DNA from: Lama guanicoe
Lineage: Eukaryota
Length of the DNA: 64,000 nt
Assembly: GCA_013239625.1 (NCBI GenBank)
Contig: MU053994.1
Span: 499,775-563,774 of the forward strand
Direction: 5' to 3'
The notes under the pieces are model-generated. The model did not search any database. It worked only from the letters and a program-made list of their open reading frames with translations, and was not told the origin of the DNA. This document shows positions 56,521 through 64,000 of the stretch, piece after piece. The number at the start of each line of letters is the position of its first letter. The stretch's first letter is position 1. Position numbers and translations under genes: made by a program.

Positions 56521-58850
56521 AGGTACCAGTTCTCCTAAATGAGGCCTCCAGGGACTGTCTGGTTGTTACTTCCGACCAGCAGCAGGCTTGGGACCTGGAT
56601 TCTGCTTCCCTGCCATTTCTCACCTGAGGGTATTGGGATGCGAGGGGAGAGATGTGAGTGTTGTGAACATTTATGGTCTTGCCAAGTGTCTACAAAAGCT
56701 TGCACCTCTATGTGTCCAGGGGCCGGGGCTTTCTGTATTTGGATGATACAAGGTGTACCACCCTGTCCTATCAACAAGCAGATTGTGCAATGATTCGTAG
56801 GTTTTCCACCAGAAGGGAAATAGCATGTGCTTGTTTGAAACTCCGATTGAGATGGAGAGTCCCCAGATTTATTCTTATTATAAGTTGCTTTAGGTTTTCT
56901 CCAGGTCTGAGGGAAAAGGAGGCCACTGGAATGTAGACCACTTGAAGAGTAAGAAGAAGGGATATTGTTTACCTTTTCCTCACCCTGCGAGTCCCCATGA
57001 TGGAAAGAAGGCATTGTGGAGGTGGTTGCTGGGGTGAGGGGGTGGCCCTCTTCTTATAGCAAACTTGTGGATTAACCAGGTAAGTTTTCAAGATGAGCTG
57101 ACAGGTTTTTCTCTGGTGACTATATAATTTATAATCTAAATCATCCCACGTTGGGGAGTGAAGAGAGCTAAATCATTATCCTAGAACAGCAGATGTCAAC
57201 CAGGATTAACCTGAGAGAACTGGGATATAAGGCCACCCTACTTATGATCTAGCTATTAGAGAGCTCTGTTGTAAACATTTCTTTTATAAAATGTTCTAAG
57301 CCACTAACTAAAAGGGAATGAGAAATAATACACATTTGAGCCCCTACTTGGGTTACGTCTACTATATCCCATTGATCAAAGGAAGTCACATGGCCAAGCC
57401 CAAAATCAGAAGGAAGGGATGAAAGGTTGTGGCCAGTAGTTCAGTCTGCCATACCGCTTGTCCCCTGGAATTCCAGATGCTTTAGCCACCAAACTTAGAT
57501 GAAAGGTAGTTAAAGGTGAAAGGGACCTCAGACCTGGTTCCTCATTTTGACAATTCCACATGTGACGCCCAGAGAAGAGACATGACTTGCCCAAGATCAT
57601 ATAGAAGCTGTGACTGTATCTGGACTTAAATCCAGGTGTGACTCCTAGGCCCATGTTGTTTCCACTGCAGTCTTTGGCATCATCCTATGCTTATTGGGAT
57701 GGACAAGAAGACTTAGATCAAGGAAGGTGGAGCGAAGTTTGATTATTTGTGTATGAACATACCTGACCAAGTCTTCTTGTGGAGTCATATTCTAGCCCCT
57801 CAGCTCATTTTTTCACTTGGATTCATGTCAAATCCTTAAAACGATGGATAATGAATTTTAGTAGTAGGAAAGCTAGAATCATCGTCAGGCTTGTTCTAGC
57901 TAATTGTTTCATGTTCTAAATTTCTTCTTGAATTTTGAGGACGAATTTAAGCATATATTTAGTATTATTCTTCGTAAGGGGGATAAGTGATCTATGTTCA
58001 CTATTATTCAAAAATAGGCTGTCTAATTCTAGGAAATTATTAGTCTAGTGTAGCTTAGTACATACTGTACAATTTTATTTTTAAACTCATATCTATATCT
58101 TTATGTTGCCCTTAAAAACAAATCAAAAAGTGTAAGATCCTCACTACTTCCTATATTGGAAAAATAAATTGTCTTTGGGCTTGATGTGACTCAGCATGTC
58201 TTCAATGACATTTTTAGGGGAGGTGAGAAGGTGGCGATGGTGAAGCCTAGAGACATCTCTAAAGTAGACAAAATGAAATAGATTTATTCACTAATAATAA
58301 AAGTGGCAAAATAATCAATTCCAAAATTAATAACTTGAACTCAAGACGAGCATGACCTTGATGTATTCAGACCTTTGCCACATTTAGAGCAATTTTCTGT
58401 ATCGTGCTTTCATATACTCCAACATCTAACTGGGTCTTTCCATAATGCAAGACCCAGGTATGCAGAAGTCCAGCAGAAACCTGTTGATGTGGTTCTCAGA
58501 GATGAAAGAGAAATTGACCTTTAGGTTACTCTTTTTTACTAAGTATAGTGTAGAAGTACAAAGAATATTTTTAAATACAGGTGATAAATGTAAATGGCAC
58601 AAAATTCAAAATAGTTCCGAATTGTGAAAAATTAAGTCTTACCCTTCCTCTTCCATATCAGAGTATATTGACAGTCTCGTTCATTTTTTATGGCTACAGG
58701 GTATTACATTATAGGGATATATTAAATTTACTTAACCAGTCCTATCAAATGCCACATTAAATATGGTTAACTAAGCTATATATGTTTGGTGGCTTTTTTA
58801 AGCAATCTTTTTTTTAAAAAATAAACACTTTGAAATTCAAAATAAGATGT
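56521..58850 (+). other. SYTL5: Probable SYTL5 3' UTR (3' end uncertain)
   Basis: Follows the stop codon; AATAAA hexamers at 58163, 58296 and 58820 are candidate poly(A) signals. Confidence 0.55.
57500..57670 (-). mobile_element. MIR fragment in the 3' UTR
   Basis: gcccagagaagagacatgacttgcccaagatcatatag. Confidence 0.7.
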
Positions 58851-59057
58851 ATACAATACACAGCAGCAATTCTACTTTGGGGTATTTATCCTACAGAAAT
58901 AGATACGTATGTGAGAAGTGAGTGCATATAAGGGTATTTATTGCAAAGGATTGGAAACAACCCAAAAGCCCATCAACAGATGCTTTCTGTAATAACTTAC
59001 ATGCCTGATTTTTCTGTTTCATCGATTGCTCCCTTTCCTTCTCTGTTAAAGGTTGTT

Positions 59058-59589
59058 TTTTTGTTGTTGTTGGTTTTAAATTGAAATGTGGTCAGTTACA
59101 ATGTGTCAGTTTCTGGTGTAAAGCACAATGTCCCGGTCGGTCGTACATATACTTACATATATATTCAATTCAGTTTAATATTCTTTTTCATTAAAGATTA
59201 TTATAAGATATTGAATATGGTTCCCTGTGCTATACAGAAGAAACATGTTTTTTTTAAATCTATTATTACATACAGTGGCTAACATTTGTAAATCTCAAAC
59301 TCCCAAATTTATCCCTTCCCACCTGCTTTCCCCAATAACCATAAGATTGTTTACTATGTCTGCAAGTCTGTTTCTGTTTTGCAGATGAGTTCATAGTGGC
59401 CTTTTTTTTTTCTTAGATTCCACATTTAAGTGATATCATACGGTATTTTTCTTTCTCTTTCTGGCTTACTTAGAATGATGATCTCTAGGTCCATCCATGT
59501 TGCTGCAAATGGCATTATTTTATTCTTTTTATGGCTGAATAGTATTCCATTGTATGAATATACCACAACTGCTTTATCCAGTCATCCTT
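59058..59589 (-). mobile_element. 5'-truncated L1 (same 3' UTR type as 28400-28714)
   Basis: T-rich tail, L1 3' UTR and ORF2 end; 14-bp TSD tgttaaaggttgtt (59044) / tgttaaagattgtt (59590). Confidence 0.9.
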
Positions 59590-59639
59590 TGTTAAAGATT
59601 GTTGAGTGTTAAACATTCGATTCTTTGATGCTTGTCCTT

Positions 59640-61450
59640 TGTTTTCTTGTCACTTTATCGACCCTCTCAGGCATTATCATGTATTGGATCCTCTTGGTTT
59701 TATGACCATTTACATACTTATAACTTCAGATTCATATACCAACCCAGACTCTTTCCCTCAGCCCCAGGCCCAGATCCAGCTGCCTGTATGACATCTCTAC
59801 CAAGATAGCTTGTGTTTTCAACATGTTACAAAATGAACTCTTTCTTCTACCCTCTCCCTTACACTCATGTCTTTCTGTTCTGGTACACCCTGTCCAGTAC
59901 CTGGTACCATCATCCACCAGCTTATACTAACTAGACACTGGGTAGTGGTCTTTTTTTTTAATTATTGACATATAGCTGACTTACAATATTATATTAGTTT
60001 CAGCTGTACAACATAATGTGATATTTTTACAGATTATACTCCATACAAAGTTGTTACAATATATTGACTATATTCCATGTGGTGTACACTACATCCTTGT
60101 AACTTACTTATTTTATACCTTGTAGTGTGTACCTCTTAATCCCTTTCACCTATTTTACCCCTCCCCTGATTACTTTACCCTCTTGTAACCACTAGTTTGT
60201 TCTGTGTGTCTGTGAATCTATTTCTGTTTTGTTATATTTGTTCGTGTTTTATTTTTTAAATTCCACATATAAGTGAAAACATAGAGTATTTGTCTTTCTC
60301 TGATCTGACTTATTTCACTGAGCATGGTACCCTCCAGGTCCATTCATATTGCTGCAAATGGCAACATTCCATTTTTTTATGGCTGGCTAATGTTCCATTG
60401 TATGTATATACCACATCTTTACTCATTCATCTGTTGATGGACACTGAGGTTGTTTCTATAACTTGGTGATTGTAAATAACGCTGCTATGAACATTGGGTG
60501 CATATATCTTTTTAAATTAGTGATCTTTGATGTATGCCTTTTCCTTACCCTCGGGCAAAATCAATCAGGAAATCATATCAATTCTGCCTCCTAAATATCT
60601 CAAAAACCTGCCCATTTGCCACCATCTCCGTGCTACCACCCAAGTACAAGCCACCATTACCCCTTTCTACAATTACGACAGTCTCCCAGCTGCTCTCTAT
60701 GCAGCCACTCTTGCCCTCCCTCAATCCACTCTCCATATGGTGGCCAGATATTCCCAACATGTTATTTTCAAATGTTTGAACATGCAGAAAAGTTGAAATG
60801 CTTTTAGGGTGAACACTGTGGTACCCACTACCTAAATTCAGCTTCGTTAGCTGTACTTACTCATTATCTGTCCATCTACAGAGTGATCTTTTTAAAAATG
60901 CAGATCTCATCCTGCTTTAAAACCCTCTGTGGCTTTCCCTTGCCCTGAGAATAATATCCAGATTCTTCTTCCTGGCGTGCCAGGCCCTGTATAAGATGGT
61001 TGCTGCCTCCTTTCCGCTCATCCCAGGCCATGACTCCCCTCCCGTTCTCTTCCGCCACACAATGCCTTTTTCTGCTTCTCAGTTGTACGAGCCTCTATCC
61101 CATCTCGTGTCTTTTGCAAAGGAATCTTCTTGCCCCTTCTCCACATTGGCCTGCTTTCCATTAATCATCCAGACCTTAAACGTTACCTCCTCAGGGAAAC
61201 CTCCCCTGACCCCCTCTCTGCCTGGCTAGGTCACAACAGCTTGCCTCTATTTCCCCTTTGCTACCTACATCACAATTATAAGAAATTATCCATGCAATGA
61301 GTCTTTTAATGCCTGTGTCAATTCCCTCCCCCCCACATCCCTAGAATGTAAGATTCGTAAGGGCAGAGATGTTATTTATATTTTTTCACAGCTATATCCC
61401 CTGTGCTTAGTTGAGAGTGGATAATTAAAAAATTATTTGTGGATTAAGTG
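59640..61450 (+). mobile_element. L2 remnant split by later insertions
   Basis: tccagctgcctgtatgacatctc...cctcctcagggaaacctcccctgacc...ctagaatgtaagattcgtaagggcagaga. Confidence 0.72.
59954..60517 (-). mobile_element. 5'-truncated L1MA-like element inserted into an L2
   Basis: T tail, aaattccacatataagtgaa...gctgctatgaacattggg; TSD tagtggtcttt (59943) / tagtgatcttt (60518). Confidence 0.88.
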
Positions 61451-62669
61451 AAAATGAAAAAAAATGCAACATCAGAGAATGTTAGACCAGTAAGCGTCTT
61501 GAGAGATGACTGTTCCTAACTTCCAATTAATAGACAAGGAAACTGGGACCCACATAGTACTGTAGTTAAAACCCCAGACAGTTCAGCCCAGCCGCTCTTG
61601 GCATAGATAAAAGCATAGAGTGTGCTCTCCAGCCCAGCATCTCAGCTTCTCAGAAGGAGAGACCGTGGCCTTGTCTGGAGGATCCTGCTCCCTATTTGGA
61701 GCAGCCCTCAATTTTCCCTCGGTTGAATCTGATGAGTTGTAAAGGGACATGGGCCAGCTTACAAGCCTGACTTGATCCATTCAGTTTGTAAATAGCACTG
61801 CAGGACACACAGCACAATCAGTGTATCAGCACTCATTTTGCTTATGTTGTTATTGTCAGTGAAATTATCTGGATATAGATTTTCAGGCCACAAAAGCACC
61901 ACCAACAAAGATACTTCGGTGAAACTTCTTATTCGTGGCCTCCTTTTCCTTAAGAAACTTACACAAATATATGATCAATCATGATTAAGGACTTAGCTAA
62001 GCTGATGGGTGAATTGAGCCTACCTGATTCACAGTAATACTAGCCTCCTCATCACCTGCTACCTCAAGGTTTCTATGTGGCAGGGGAGCAGAAGGCTGTG
62101 GGACAAATAAGAGCAAAGCCCACTTTTAGAAGCAAAGTGGATCCAGATATCACATCCCAGAAGCACCTCAGAGTGAAATACTATGGCATTTGGGGCTGTG
62201 ATCAGTGTTTGTTTTTTCTTCCATGTAGATATTTCACATTACACTGAGCGTTGCCTTTCGAAGTTGGCAGAAGGGCTTTCCTCCCAACATGGTATCATTT
62301 ATGGCCTCTAAAATGAAAACATAAATCAAATGAGGACATTCATACAGGCAAAACTATAACAAAGATTGGATTTGGCAAGGTTTGAACAAGAGCCATGGAA
62401 ATTGGGCCATATCAAGGATTCTAAAGGCTTGTCTGAATCATCTAGGGCGTGAATTTAATACATTGATTCCAAAGCATTGCCGCAAACCTCCTGAACAAAA
62501 TCTCCAGAAAACTCATTCTTATCTTGGGTGATTCTAATATGAATGATCACAGTTTGAGAAATGCTGCATTAGAGGACATATTATCTTGACTATATTATTT
62601 GGACCAACTCTACATCATAATGACAAATTGGATTTGGCTAACCTGGGCATTATTAATTGGAAGGCAACC

Positions 62670-62890
62670 ATGGTGAGGTGGAAGCAGCCTAAACTTGAAC
62701 TCAGATTGACATCAGTTCAAGTCTTGACTAGACTACTTACCAACCAAGTGACCTCTCATTCGAGTTAATTATCCGTTCTAGGCCTTGATCTACTTGCCTC
62801 TAAACTAGGGATACTTAGGCTATCTTGGAGTAATTGAAGCTATCAAATGACATAATATGTGCAACTATGCTTTGTAAATTTTAACCCACT
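62670..62890 (+). mobile_element. Degenerate MIR
   Basis: gttcaagtcttgac...ctacttacc...tcaaatgacataatatgtgcaa...gctttgtaaa. Confidence 0.55.
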
Positions 62891-64000
62891 GTGGAAAAAA
62901 AGGTCATTATTAGTGAGCTAGAAATAGCAATCTGTGGTTCATAATCTCTTAAGCCCCTCTTTTCCTGAGAGCTTTGTTAGGTCTTAATCATTCTATGTAC
63001 AATGAAGTGGTCTCCAGTGTACAGCAACAATACAAAAAAAAAGCCCTTACTTTGCTGTGTCACCCGTTGTAGGTGATAGTAATTTATCTATATTTAGGCT
63101 GGAATTTCCTACTTTATCTGATTAGGTAATAAGTATTGCAAAAGTGTTTGATCTGATGGAGAGAAAACCTGGTCAGTTTTTTGTTAAAAGGTTATTGAAC
63201 CCATAAGGAAACCATTTCCACCTTTCTCCGTAACACCTTTCAGTGTAATGACCCATCTCTTTCTATAGCCCATCGCCTATCTGCCATGTCAGAGAGATCA
63301 ATCCTGCCTTCCTCACAGGCATGTTGTTCAGAATCATGCTTTTTATCTACAGAAGGAAGCTTACCATTTTGTCAACACAAATTCCATCAAAATATAGATT
63401 GCTGTTGTCATTATAAGGAATGCAGTATTTCAAAGAGTAGTGATCGTGCCTTATTTATTACCTCATTAGAATTTATCAAACTATCCTGGTAGAGGGTTCC
63501 TTTCATACTTGGTCAAGGGAAGGAAAATATATAGTTAGTATCACCTATAAGATAGTAGATCATATTTTTCTCTCCAGTATTTCAGCACAAGAGGATACTT
63601 GTCTCTAATTTGTTTTCCTTTTTCTCTGACTGAGGCAGAAATTAATACCACAAGCAAGTAAGATATTTCATTATAATAGTTAAAGCAGATGTTTAAATCA
63701 TTGGCATCTGCTGAGGAAAAAAGGTCTCTTTATAGAAAGACAGAGAACTAGGTATGTATTTGAATCTAAATATTTTATTTTTACCCCTTTATTGTTAGAT
63801 CTGTTTACTTTGGAGAAGGAATCTGATTGTTTCCTCCAAGCATTTTCTTCTACTTAGCCGAAGTTTCATTTTGTGTTCAGAAAGTTGAAACTTGTTTGTG
63901 CAGATCCATGGGAACTGATGAGTCCCAACAGTGAAACTTTTAAAATCTTTCACATTTGGTAAGAAGGAAGGAAGGGAGCCATTCTGTTACAAAACAGTTT

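Noticed and set aside
56966..56972. miR-30-type seed match TGTTTAC in the UTR
   Set aside because: A single 7-mer with no conservation evidence.
56535..57014. 159-aa antisense ORF in the 3' UTR
   Set aside because: No recognisable domain, non-ATG start and no supporting gene structure.
63857..63958. Exon-like segment (tacttag ... TTTG|gtaaga) downstream of the gene
   Set aside because: No recognisable protein similarity and no partner exons visible; I saw no exon of a neighbouring gene in 59000-64000.

Overview
This is mammalian genomic DNA, not prokaryotic. It is AT-rich, CpG-depleted and repeat-dense, and is most likely camelid because it carries two tRNA-Ala-derived Vic-1-type SINEs. The window holds the 3' part of one + strand gene, SYTL5 (synaptotagmin-like 5, a Rab27 effector, X-linked in human). 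I traced 15 GT-AG coding exons from 12087 to the TGA ending at 56520. They join with consistent phases into 1933 nt (1 nt plus 644 codons including the stop), encoding the SHD2 motif (TGEWF), the linker, C2A and C2B. The 5' exons (start codon, zinc finger) lie upstream of the window. The rest is intron, 3' UTR and flank filled with L1, L2, MIR, MaLR/ERVL/ERV1-type LTRs, hAT and Tigger MITEs, and microsatellites; repeat family names are from memory of consensus sequences and their boundaries are approximate. Most ORFs in the supplied track are noise. I found no convincing new biological system. The best leads are splicing-level: a 16-nt microexon candidate phase-compatible with replacing a linker exon, a 66-nt cassette exon, tandem acceptors, microsatellites at acceptor sites and a perfect U1 site in the 3' UTR. 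A non-repetitive exon-like block in a short intron and two bZIP motif clusters are also worth checking.
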